DNA of 56,670 nt. It comes from a virus. Lineage: Duplodnaviria; Caudoviricetes. The stretch covers positions 1-56,670 of IMG/VR virus record IMGVR_UViG_3300042891_000430. One strand, 5' to 3'. Positions within the stretch are counted from its first letter, which is position 1, and the number at the start of each line of letters is the position of its first letter. Position numbers and translations under genes: made by a program. The notes under the pieces are model-generated. The model ran no database searches, had not been told where the DNA came from, and was given only the letters and a program-made list of their open reading frames with translations. Positions 45,129 through 53,930 of the stretch are shown one piece after another.

Positions 45129-46118
45129 TTACGCCTTAGTGATGATCGCCTGCGACAGAGCGATGCCGTCAACGACCTTGTAGCCGTAGATCTGCAAGCC
45201 ACGGAGGATGTTCGAGAACGAACGCTCAGAGCGGATCGTTTCGACCTTCGTGAACTGCGAGGCGAACGTCAAGCCGTGGGCATGGCCCGCGTACATGGCG
45301 TATTCGCCAGCGGCGAGGCCACCAGCAACGCCAGCCGGAAGCAGGTTCGAGGTATAGATCGTGAAACGATCAACCTGACCGATCAGGCCGTTACGGAGCG
45401 GGGTGACGCTGTCGCCCGTCAGGTAAGCCTGACGAAGTTCCGAGCGCTTGACGAGGTTAGCAGCCCAAACCGGCATAACGAGCCAACGGCCATTTTCCGG
45501 GATGTTCTGTTCGTCAAGAGCCTGACCCATGCGCAGGATGGCGTCGAGAACTTCAACTTCGCCAGAAGCCGGGTTCGCAGCCTTGAGGGCAAGCGGAGAG
45601 GTCGTGGCACCGAGGTTGATGTTGCCCGAGATCTTACCGGCAGTCGCGCCACGGTTCTTGACATCGGCCTGACCGAGGATGCCCTTGAGGACGTCCGTGT
45701 CGACCGTGATCTTGAACTGCTGCGAAGCGTCGTCAGCCCACATCGACATGATGTTGAGGTCCGACTGGATCTCCATGACGTCGTCCAGCGCGAGAGCAAA
45801 GTACTTGCCCTTGTCGATGGCCAGTTCGAGGACGTTGCCCGTCGGACGCTCGATTTCGAGGTCGCCGTCGAGGCGGTAGTCCTTGATCGAAACCGTCGGC
45901 TTCGTGCGGATCTTGACCTTGTCGCCCTGATTACGGATTTCACCTTCGTAGTCGGTGTTCGAGATCGCCGACAGAACGGTGTTCGCGTAAAACTTTTCGA
46001 CAAGTTTGCCCGACCAGATTTCAGGAACGAAACCGGTCGTATAGAAGTTACCCGAACCGGACGAACCGGCGGGCCAAAGAACGGGGGTAGTACCTGCCCC
46101 AGCTTGATTGATTGCCAT
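45129..46118 (-). CDS. Major capsid protein
   Basis: FVPEIWSGKL, NTDYEGEI..QGD.V.I and RGL..YG.KV; strongly biased codons. Confidence 0.9.
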   Translation of the reverse strand: MAINQAGAGTTPVLWPAGSSGSGNFYTTGFVPEIWSGKLVEKFYANTVLSAISNTDYEGEIRNQGDKVKIRTKPTVSIKDYRLDGDLEIERPTGNVLELAIDKGKYFALALDDVMEIQSDLNIMSMWADDASQQFKITVDTDVLKGILGQADVKNRGATAGKISGNINLGATTSPLALKAANPASGEVEVLDAILRMGQALDEQNIPENGRWLVMPVWAANLVKRSELRQAYLTGDSVTPLRNGLIGQVDRFTIYTSNLLPAGVAGGLAAGEYAMYAGHAHGLTFASQFTKVETIRSERSFSNILRGLQIYGYKVVDGIALSQAIITKA

Positions 46119-46140
46119 TGTAGTGGCTCCTCAGAGAAGG

Positions 46141-47178
46141 TTATCTGATGCGCCCTTCTCTCTCAGCTTCGAAGATCTGCCTTTCTAGGCGATCCCGATC
46201 CGCATCACGGCCTTTGAATTTTCCAGCAGCCGCGTCAGCGTAAAACTTCGAGATTTGAGCGCGCGTGAAGATGGGCTTCTCAGCGGGAGCAGATGTCGCT
46301 GCCGCAGACTTGGCTCTGCCCGGTGCCGCTAGGTTTTCCAGAGACATCTTGGCGGGAGCTTCTGTCCGGCCTGTCTCCGCACTCGCGGGGTCCAAAGCAG
46401 CCTCTTCAGCGAGGAAGCCTGTAAAGAAAGCCTGCACCCGAGGGGTATCGTTCCGCTCAAACGCGGCTTTCAATAGTTCATGTCTAATAGCACCAGAATA
46501 AAGGTCTGGCAACTGGAGCCAAGTAAGGAAGTTCTCATCCTTATTAATTTCACGCCAGTTGGGCACTTTTTCATCTAGTGACGAGAGCATACGGGTACGC
46601 GCATCTTGTGCGACATAGCCGTTTACTCCCTGAAGACGTGCTTCAAGTTCGGCGATCTTAGCTTCGTACTTGTTGATTACTGGAAGAAGTTCTTCCTTTG
46701 CTTTCTTACCAACAACCTTGAGGAACTCCTGACCGTAGTCGTTCTCCTCTTCGGGGGTAATCAAGCGTTCAATCGCAGCTTCTTCGCCTTTCTCCGCCGG
46801 TGCAGCAGAGGAAACCTGCATCGTCGCAATGACGTTCTGCAAGCTGGCAACCTGCTCAGAGAGCGATCTCATCTGTTCATTGGCGCGGTCGTACCGGCCT
46901 TTCATCGACTTATAACGATGTTCCCAAGACTGCTCATCTTCTGCTTTAGGCTGTTCAGGAGTTCCCGTAATAGGGGCTTCCTTGGCCTCTGTCTGGGTAG
47001 CTTCAATGGTTTCTTGGTTCGAGGCTTCAGAGGCGGTCTCTTCTGGCTTCTCTTCCGTGTTCCCATTCTCGGTATCCTGAGCAGCAGCTTCCTGCTGGTA
47101 GTACGCATCTGCCTTGGCCCCAGCGGCTAGTACAGCGGCGGGGATTTTAACATTCGGGTCAACTCGGTTGGTATCCAT
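46141..47178 (-). CDS. Scaffolding protein
   Basis: Acidic coiled coil, WEHRYKSMKG, C-terminal EGRI; directly before the capsid gene. Confidence 0.8.
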   Translation of the reverse strand: MDTNRVDPNVKIPAAVLAAGAKADAYYQQEAAAQDTENGNTEEKPEETASEASNQETIEATQTEAKEAPITGTPEQPKAEDEQSWEHRYKSMKGRYDRANEQMRSLSEQVASLQNVIATMQVSSAAPAEKGEEAAIERLITPEEENDYGQEFLKVVGKKAKEELLPVINKYEAKIAELEARLQGVNGYVAQDARTRMLSSLDEKVPNWREINKDENFLTWLQLPDLYSGAIRHELLKAAFERNDTPRVQAFFTGFLAEEAALDPASAETGRTEAPAKMSLENLAAPGRAKSAAATSAPAEKPIFTRAQISKFYADAAAGKFKGRDADRDRLERQIFEAEREGRIR

Positions 47179-47417
47179 TATTTCGTCTTTCTTTCGATCT
47201 GGTCGGCACTCTTGAGAGCTTCACGCAAAAGACGAAGGAGCGTACTCGCGTTTTGAGCACGGCCTTGGGCTCGCTGAAGTTCTTCTAGCGGCGACGAGAT
47301 ACAGTTGGAGATTTGGATATCTGTGTAGGAAACAAATGCCCCCAAGAACTCATTCCAAGTCTCGGGGGCAGTTCTCGCTAACTTTGCGGCAGCGAGAATG
47401 AGGTCGCGATCACTCAT
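47178..47417 (-). CDS. Conserved head-module protein
   Basis: L.RAQGRAQ motif; between portal and scaffold. Confidence 0.7.
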   Translation of the reverse strand: MSDRDLILAAAKLARTAPETWNEFLGAFVSYTDIQISNCISSPLEELQRAQGRAQNASTLLRLLREALKSADQIERKTK

Positions 47418-47587
47418 CGACCACCATACATTTTACGCAGCTTGACCTGCTGTTTGCCTGAGGCATCAGCGGGTGTCAGCTTAGCGTAATTAGTGATTGA
47501 GCCTGACTTAGTCAGCTCATTCACTGCTTTTTTGGAAGGGAGAATGGGTTCTCCCTTCCGATAGTCTCTAACCGAGGGCTTCTTCAC
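47414..47587 (-). CDS. 57-aa basic protein (not in the ORF track)
   Basis: GTG start; KKPSVRDYRKG...TNYAK...MYGGR; ATGA overlap with the next gene. Confidence 0.55.
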   Translation of the reverse strand: MKKPSVRDYRKGEPILPSKKAVNELTKSGSITNYAKLTPADASGKQQVKLRKMYGGR

Positions 47588-47595
47588 GAAGACAC

Positions 47596-47799
47596 TCAGC
47601 GGGCTTTAGCGGGCGTAGCAGCGCCCTTGCCAGCCATCTTGCCTTTACCACCCATCGGGAACTGGCCTGTAGCCGAACCCGTCGGGCCTGTACGGCCAGC
47701 CGCTTGGTCAAGAACCTTCTTGCCCGTCATCTTGCCTTTACCACCACCAGTCGCGAAGGAGACCTTCGGACCACTCGTCACTTTAGACTTCATTGCCAC
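47596..47799 (-). CDS. Small Gly/Lys-rich protein
   Basis: RBS AGGAG; duplicated F..GG(G)KGKM.GK. Confidence 0.7.
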   Translation of the reverse strand: MAMKSKVTSGPKVSFATGGGKGKMTGKKVLDQAAGRTGPTGSATGQFPMGGKGKMAGKGAATPAKAR

Positions 47800-47821
47800 T
47801 ACTCCTGTACCTTGGCCAAGG

Positions 47822-48067
47822 TTAACAACAACTCTTCTTGTAGTTGTTGGTCGTATTCACCATTCCGCCGTCACTGAAGGAAGGAACCTTCACTTTCGGA
47901 GTAGAACGTGAACTCTTTGGGAACAGCTTGCGTAGGTCGTTAGGCGACCCACCAGCGTTCTGACCCCTTCCGCGAAGTTGCGACAACTGCGGAGCTGATA
48001 CTTCGCCACCTTTAATCGCCTTAGCGCGTGGTGGCTTGGAAGAGACTTTTGTGAACTTGATAGCCAT
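47822..48067 (-). CDS. Small basic protein
   Basis: TAATG coupling; FSDGGMV. Confidence 0.65.
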   Translation of the reverse strand: MAIKFTKVSSKPPRAKAIKGGEVSAPQLSQLRGRGQNAGGSPNDLRKLFPKSSRSTPKVKVPSFSDGGMVNTTNNYKKSCC

Positions 48068-48240
48068 TAGTCTTCTTCCTCTTCATCTTCTTCCTCTTCA
48101 GGCTCTTCCTTTTCCATGGATTTGCCCTTCGAGTAATCTGACGAACCAGAGGTACAGATCTTAATAGAAACAAGACCGCCCTGCTCGTAATGATTAACCT
48201 TTACCAGCTTACCGGCATCGGTATTCGGCTTCGTCTTCAT
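48067..48240 (-). CDS. 57-aa protein with an acidic tail (not in the ORF track)
   Basis: MKTKPNTDAGKLVKVNHYEQGGLV...EEEEDEEEED; coupled on both sides. Confidence 0.7.
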   Translation of the reverse strand: MKTKPNTDAGKLVKVNHYEQGGLVSIKICTSGSSDYSKGKSMEKEEPEEEEDEEEED

Positions 48241-48608
48241 CACTCGTCGTCCTTGCTCTTGGCGGCGCGAGCACGAGCGCGAGCGCTATTAGGATTGTTA
48301 TATTTCTCTTCAATCGCATCTGTGATGCTCTTCCCTCGCACGCGGCCTGTATCTGCTGGGCTAGGACGACCATCTACTTTCACAATGATGGGCAAACCGG
48401 CTGAGGGACGCCCCATCTTTTCGTCCATCTCATTTTCTTGAGCTTGGCGTTCCATCGACCATTTCGCATAACGATAGTCAGCTCCGCGACTAACATCGCG
48501 TGCCTCACGACCGCCTTCAGATGTATCAGCGGCGCGGACAGACCCACCTTGCTCGTAGCTGTTAATTTTCACGAGCTTACCAGCTTTATGGTTCGGCTTG
48601 TACTTCAC
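48240..48608 (-). CDS. Small protein whose N-terminus is paralogous to 48067-48240
   Basis: MKYKPNHKAGKLVKINSYEQGGSV; GTGA overlap with the portal stop. Confidence 0.7.
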   Translation of the reverse strand: MKYKPNHKAGKLVKINSYEQGGSVRAADTSEGGREARDVSRGADYRYAKWSMERQAQENEMDEKMGRPSAGLPIIVKVDGRPSPADTGRVRGKSITDAIEEKYNNPNSARARARAAKSKDDE

Positions 48609-50662
48609 TGGGAACCCCCTGCGATGTTGGTGCGCGGACCCATGTCGCCAGTGACATTCCCGCCTTGTGGTGCCTGATTGCCCTGAGCTTGCGCCCCAGC
48701 CTGAGCCATAGCTTGCATCTGCTGGATCTGCTTGTCGAGATCATCTTCGTTCGGAACAACCGGGTGACCGTCCAGTCCGATGGTTGAAGCGACAGATCGG
48801 AGGACAGACGCGCGACCCTTCGGACCCATGATCTGGGTATCAATGGGGTTAGCTGTGATCTGCAAGAACTCAAGCTGACGCGAACGCTGCGTTTCTTTTT
48901 GCACTGCAACAGAGACGCCCATGACCTTGATGGTCTCATCGCCCTGTAGGATGCCTGTAGGATCGGTGAGCATCAGCATGTCGAGAAGCTGTCTCAGAAG
49001 CGGATCGAGGACGTCGCGGTCGACGTTCGACGCAACGGTCTGGAGAACCTTGCTGGCGTTACCCATAAGCATCGCCAGACCGGAGGCTGTCCGACCCGCA
49101 CCACCTGCACCAGCGCCAGAGAGGTAACGCGGGATTGCCGAGATCTCATCGGCGATCTCTGAGAACTTTTGGTAGACACCAAGCAGCTCCGTAGCGTTTG
49201 AGTTCGGCTGGAAGAAGTCGACGGGCTTAGAACTACCGCCACCACCCATTGGGTCGCTCTGAACGTGCCAGCGCTTCCATGGATAGAGCTCTTCGCCATC
49301 TTCATCGGGCGACAGTCGGTCATCGTTCACGACGACCTGAGGGCCGGACGAGATAGACAGGTTGTTAACCAGAGCACGCAGCGAAGCGTTACACACGCTT
49401 TCAATATCGTCGAGAATGTCGGGAAGAGCGTTGCCGACAACCGTGCCGGGAACCTTCTCGAACGACGTAACGAAATAGTTGTGCCGCTTGCGCGGGCTCG
49501 GGCTCATTTGAACTTTGATGATATGGCGTCCGACCAGCCACGCCTGCACGAAATAATCGCGCATCGCATCGGGTACTTGCTCTTTGTCCATGCCCCATTC
49601 GAGCAACATGCGACCCTGCACATTGCCGTGGAACTCAAGGATTGAGAGCATCCCAGACTGGTTTACGTGCGGATCTTCGCGGCTCTCGTTAACAGCACGC
49701 TCGCTATCCGACGCATCCCAATCTTCGTTCAGACCACCACGACCGTACTCATCGAGCACTGCTCGGATGGCGTCATGGTTGTAGCCGGGAAGATCGAGGA
49801 GGTCGTTAAGGTCCGTGCGTGTTATGCGGTCACGCTCAATGACTGCTGCGTCTTCGATGTCGGAGACACCCGGCGTCCACCAGATATCGAATGGAGAAAC
49901 GCGCTTCCACATAAGACGTGGCTTCTGCATCACCACAGCTTGACCGTTCTTCCACTGCACTGTTGGTACGATCTTAACGAACGGACCCTTGAGCACAGCA
50001 AACGGGAACAGCGGGAGATCCGACAAAAACTCCGACAGTGCTTTATAGAACCCGCCCTCAATGAGGATCTCGTCGACCTTGTCCTCAGCGAGGCGCGTAC
50101 GGTTCTTGGCGCGCTTCTTAGCTGCCTGACGCGCCGCTTCAACGAGCTGAGTTGTACGGTCACGGACCTGAGTTAGATCAGGTTGTTGTCCGGTCTGCGC
50201 CGTAAGCATTGATAGTTCAGACTGTACTAACATCTGGACAGACTGGAGAACTTCTTCCGGGATATCCGGGTCCGGTGTCGGGTCGAGGCCCCACGGACGG
50301 TCTGGTGCCAAGTACACATCGCGAAGGAGTGACGAGGCACCTCGGCACTTCATGGCCACGATGCGGGCATACACTTCCGACCCACCAAACTTGCGGATCT
50401 CGGCAAGCTGCGTCGGATCGTACTGACCCTTAAACACGCGAAGAGCTCGCAAAAGACGCTCCGTCCACCCAGCATTACCTGAGTTCCGGTGCCTCTTCAT
50501 GATGTCGAACTGCTCGCGGATATACTGAGCCAAGCTCGTCATCGCGGGCTGTTGCGAAGCATCCTGCTGCTGTGCGCGCTCCTCATCAGCCGCCTTCATT
50601 GCGGCTGTAAGTTTGGCTGGTCCCACTACTCGAAGGACGCCCATTCCGACTAATTCAGCCAT
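48605..50662 (-). CDS. Portal protein
   Basis: 685 aa with GRTASGLAMLM, podovirus portal-like motifs and a Gln-rich C-terminus; head-module position. Confidence 0.85.
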   Translation of the reverse strand: MAELVGMGVLRVVGPAKLTAAMKAADEERAQQQDASQQPAMTSLAQYIREQFDIMKRHRNSGNAGWTERLLRALRVFKGQYDPTQLAEIRKFGGSEVYARIVAMKCRGASSLLRDVYLAPDRPWGLDPTPDPDIPEEVLQSVQMLVQSELSMLTAQTGQQPDLTQVRDRTTQLVEAARQAAKKRAKNRTRLAEDKVDEILIEGGFYKALSEFLSDLPLFPFAVLKGPFVKIVPTVQWKNGQAVVMQKPRLMWKRVSPFDIWWTPGVSDIEDAAVIERDRITRTDLNDLLDLPGYNHDAIRAVLDEYGRGGLNEDWDASDSERAVNESREDPHVNQSGMLSILEFHGNVQGRMLLEWGMDKEQVPDAMRDYFVQAWLVGRHIIKVQMSPSPRKRHNYFVTSFEKVPGTVVGNALPDILDDIESVCNASLRALVNNLSISSGPQVVVNDDRLSPDEDGEELYPWKRWHVQSDPMGGGGSSKPVDFFQPNSNATELLGVYQKFSEIADEISAIPRYLSGAGAGGAGRTASGLAMLMGNASKVLQTVASNVDRDVLDPLLRQLLDMLMLTDPTGILQGDETIKVMGVSVAVQKETQRSRQLEFLQITANPIDTQIMGPKGRASVLRSVASTIGLDGHPVVPNEDDLDKQIQQMQAMAQAGAQAQGNQAPQGGNVTGDMGPRTNIAGGSQ

Positions 50663-50760
50663 GAAATATGTTCCGTTGCGCTCGCCCAGCTCGACGAACC
50701 TACACTAGATACAGTATGGTGACCCCACTTGACAACTATTCATCCCCAGTGGGAGCTCGA

Positions 50761-51240
50761 ATGACTGCCCTCGTTACAACCGAAAGCGAGATTAGTGAGC
50801 TTGAACTTCTGAAACTCGCTCGCGAAATCGCAATGGATATTCGACCGCTCGACGAAATACTAAACACTCACAATATCACCAAAGACCAGTTCGAGCGTAT
50901 CGCCGCCCTCCCCCGTTTCCAGCTTTACCTAGAGAGCGAAGCCTCGGCATGGCACGGCTCTCTTAATACACACGAGCGTGTGAAGCTGAAGGCGGCAGCT
51001 ATGTTAGAAGAGTGGCTCCCTGAGCTGAACATGCGTATGCACGACCGCTCAGAGAACCTCAACGCAAAGATCGAAGCGGGCAAACTCGCTCGCGACCTCG
51101 CCGGTTTCGCCAAGAATGGTGTCGGTGTGGAAGGCATGGGTGAGAAGTTCTCCGTGACCATCAATCTCGGTCAGGACAGCAAGCTCACCTTTGAGAAGCA
51201 GTTACCACCCATAGTAATTGACGCCGAAGAGGCCCATTGA
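50761..51240 (+). CDS. terS: Putative terminase small subunit
   Basis: Overlaps the terL start; C-terminal FSVTINLG; RBS GGGAG before ATG50761. Confidence 0.6.
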   Translation: MTALVTTESEISELELLKLAREIAMDIRPLDEILNTHNITKDQFERIAALPRFQLYLESEASAWHGSLNTHERVKLKAAAMLEEWLPELNMRMHDRSENLNAKIEAGKLARDLAGFAKNGVGVEGMGEKFSVTINLGQDSKLTFEKQLPPIVIDAEEAH

Positions 51241-52640
51241 TGCCCAACATCAACTTCACTGCCCCGCCTACATGCGCCGCTTTCATGAAATCAGAGGCAT
51301 TTTTCCGCCTTATCGCTGGTCCGGTGGGCTCTGGTAAGACAACAGCGTGCCTTTTTGAGCTTTTTAGGCGTGCTTGTGAGCAAAAACCGGGTCCAGATGG
51401 CTTCCGACATACCCGTTTTGCCATCCTCAGACAGACCCTTTCACAGCTAAAAATGACCGTTTTGAAGGACATTACGACGTGGTTAGAGGGTATTGCGACC
51501 TATAAAGTGTCCGAAAACACCGTCTATATCACCATCGGAGACGTCAAAAGTGAGTGGGTTTTGATCCCATTAGAGGACGTTGAGGACCAAAGACGCCTGT
51601 TATCGTCCCAGCTCACGGGTGCATGGCTCTCAGAATGTATCGAAATCGACGTTGCGCTCGTACCTGCTATCGCGGGACGCTGTGGCCGTTACCCATCCAA
51701 GGCCCAAGGTGGCCCAAGCTGGTTCGGCATCATCGCTGACACCAACATGCCGACTGTCGGCAGCGAGTGGTGGAAGCTTATGGACCAAGATGTACCTGCG
51801 GACTGGCAGGTTTTCATCCAACCGGGTGGCCTAGAAGAAAACGCCGAGAACATCGACAACCTACCGGGTGGTCGGGAGTACTATGAGCGCCTGTCACGGT
51901 CTAATGGTGAAGACTGGGTCAAGCGTTACGTTCATGCACAATACGGAGCTGACCCCTCGGGCTCGGCTGTGTTCCGCTCATCCTTCAAGCAGCAGTTCCA
52001 TGTCGTCGATGAGCTCGAACCTGTTATGGTCCACCCTCTCATCATTGGGCAGGACTTTGGCCGCAACCCTGCAAGCATAATCTGCCAGCTAGATCACAAG
52101 GGCAGACTGCTCGTGTTGGAAGAAATTCTGGCAGACGACGTTGGCCTCGAACTTCACATCCGCACAGCACTACGCCCCACCCTTATGCAAGATCGGTACA
52201 TGGGGAGACCGGTTGTTATCGTTGGTGACCCTGCAGGTATCCAGCGCTCCACGTCTTACGAAGAGACATCTTTTGACGTGCTAAAGCGCGAAGGTTTTAT
52301 GTGTTACCCCGCCCCGACTAACAAGATCGATGCTCGTCTTCGCGCAGTAGAAAGTTTCCTGCTGGCCCAGCGTGACGGCGGTCCGGCAATCATGTTCGAC
52401 CGTGGTCGGTGCCCGCACCTCATCATGGGTATGAACGGCGGGTACCGTTTTGCCAAAACACGTCAGGGTCAGTTGCGCCCCCTGCCGGACAAGAATGACT
52501 TCTCTCACATCTCTGACGCACTGCAATATGCGGCGACTGCAGCTCATGGCGGTATGAGCGGTATGATCGCAGCGCGGTTGATGGGCCAGAGGCGGTCAAA
52601 TGGTCCAAAACAGCGTATCAGCGCTGCAGCATGGACTTAA
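51240..52640 (+). CDS. terL: Terminase large subunit
   Basis: Walker A GPVGSGKT, DTN.P, nuclease GQDFG, GDPAG and H..DALQY. Confidence 0.93.
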   Translation: MPNINFTAPPTCAAFMKSEAFFRLIAGPVGSGKTTACLFELFRRACEQKPGPDGFRHTRFAILRQTLSQLKMTVLKDITTWLEGIATYKVSENTVYITIGDVKSEWVLIPLEDVEDQRRLLSSQLTGAWLSECIEIDVALVPAIAGRCGRYPSKAQGGPSWFGIIADTNMPTVGSEWWKLMDQDVPADWQVFIQPGGLEENAENIDNLPGGREYYERLSRSNGEDWVKRYVHAQYGADPSGSAVFRSSFKQQFHVVDELEPVMVHPLIIGQDFGRNPASIICQLDHKGRLLVLEEILADDVGLELHIRTALRPTLMQDRYMGRPVVIVGDPAGIQRSTSYEETSFDVLKREGFMCYPAPTNKIDARLRAVESFLLAQRDGGPAIMFDRGRCPHLIMGMNGGYRFAKTRQGQLRPLPDKNDFSHISDALQYAATAAHGGMSGMIAARLMGQRRSNGPKQRISAAAWT

Positions 52641-52837
52641 TGCGGCATCTCTGGATCGTTATGGGTTTCTAGACTGCCTTTAAGTTCCTCCCGCAAAAGC
52701 AGGAGGCACGCCATATCACGCTCAAATTCCATAATAAGCGACGTGTCCGCGATGTTGTCTATCGCGACTGACAGTGAGTGGATCATGCGCTCAAGCGCCT
52801 GCACCTGATCCCATTCTGTTACTTCGATCACCTTCAT
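52637..52837 (-). CDS. Hypothetical protein convergent with terL
   Basis: 66 aa; preceded by a CCATAACACC motif on its own strand. Confidence 0.45.
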   Translation of the reverse strand: MKVIEVTEWDQVQALERMIHSLSVAIDNIADTSLIMEFERDMACLLLLREELKGSLETHNDPEMPH

Positions 52838-52905
52838 ACGCGCAGTTTAATGGTTCGATGGTGTTATGGCTAGACTGGTAGTTGTTACGTAATTGTTACC
52901 AAATG

Positions 52906-52995
52906 GTTTTTTGGTTTTATATATTTTTTAAGTACCTAACAAAGAGCCACCCCCCCACCCCCCTCCCCTGTCCATATACCCCCCCGCCCCCCTCC
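52906..52995. repeat. AT-rich stretch followed by five C-runs
   Basis: C7, C6, C4, C7 and C6 runs between 52950 and 52992. Confidence 0.8.
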
Positions 52996-53363
52996 AAAAC
53001 CCCACTCAGCCGGTTACTACCATGGTTACCAGACGACGATAAGACGGTGAGAAAAAACCCACTCGATTATCTGCCGCCATGGGTGAGGGCCACGCTCTCA
53101 GGCTGTTTGACATCGCGATAGGGGGACCATTTGGGAACGGGCGCTCGCATCGCGCTGACTTATTAAAAAGATGCGCTAGGTGAATGATCCCCCCATGGGT
53201 GCGAAGTATGGGGAACCGAGTGACACTTAAGCGACCGCCTCATGCGGAAGGGCTAGCAACCACAAACATAAGACGGTCGACCGCAACACCACACAACCAT
53301 CTATTGCGCGGGGCGCTAGTCCCGCGTGTTTGTAACTTTGCCAGTAACTATCGGAGTAACACC

Positions 53364-53447
53364 ATGACCTATCGTAAGGTTGGCGGGCTTCACTTTGTCC
53401 GCATCGGATCTTTCGGCTTCTCTTTTTTCTTCTCACGCAAGGGCTAA
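53364..53447 (+). CDS. 27-aa early peptide
   Basis: RBS GGAGTAAC; MTYRKVGGLHFVRIGSFGFSFFFSRKG. Confidence 0.55.
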   Translation: MTYRKVGGLHFVRIGSFGFSFFFSRKG

Positions 53448-53451
53448 CACC

Positions 53452-53664
53452 ATGACAAATCCCGGTTGGGCTTATAACGACAAGACCGCATCACGCATCA
53501 AAGCTTTCGCTCGCAAGGGTGCGATCTTTACATGGTCCGATGTGACCTATGATCCTAAGGCTAAGACTAAAGCATATGCTCCGGCCCGTCCTGAGCCCGT
53601 TTTGACTGCGGCACAGGCGGCATGGGTTGTCGACGCCCCCCGTCTAATCAAGAAACGTAAGTAA
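53452..53664 (+). CDS. Hypothetical early protein
   Basis: Starts 4 nt after the previous stop. Confidence 0.6.
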   Translation: MTNPGWAYNDKTASRIKAFARKGAIFTWSDVTYDPKAKTKAYAPARPEPVLTAAQAAWVVDAPRLIKKRK

Positions 53665-53729
53665 CTACAGATAGTTAGGCCCGTTCTGGGTCAAGTAACC
53701 CGGCATGAGCCCCCCTTCCTCTTCTATTC

Positions 53730-53864
53730 TTATTCTTAATTCTATATTCTACAAAACATATATAACGGTATCTCAACTAGCGGGTGCGATGGTCTTATTC
53801 TACCGTAACACCATAACACCCCTATACCGTGTATATGATCGTAGAATTGTAGAATTAAGAATAA
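53730..53864. repeat. Long AT-rich imperfect inverted repeat
   Basis: TTATTCTTAATTCTA (53730-53744) and TAGAATTAAGAATAA (53850-53864); pairing extends inward for ~40 bp. Confidence 0.8.
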
Positions 53865-53930
53865 CCCCACTCAACCACCCATTACCATCATTGTAACCCG
53901 GCAATAATGCCAACCATCAGGAGAACCACC

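Noticed and set aside
48067-48608. Double-glycine bacteriocin or RiPP precursors
   Set aside because: There is no C39 peptidase/ABC exporter or modifying enzyme in the window, and the head-module position favours a virion role.
52882-53896. ORF-track calls 52882-53121, 53184-53363 (N-terminal extension) and 53705-53896
   Set aside because: They lack an RBS, translate low-complexity or palindromic DNA, and are better read as non-coding control sequence.
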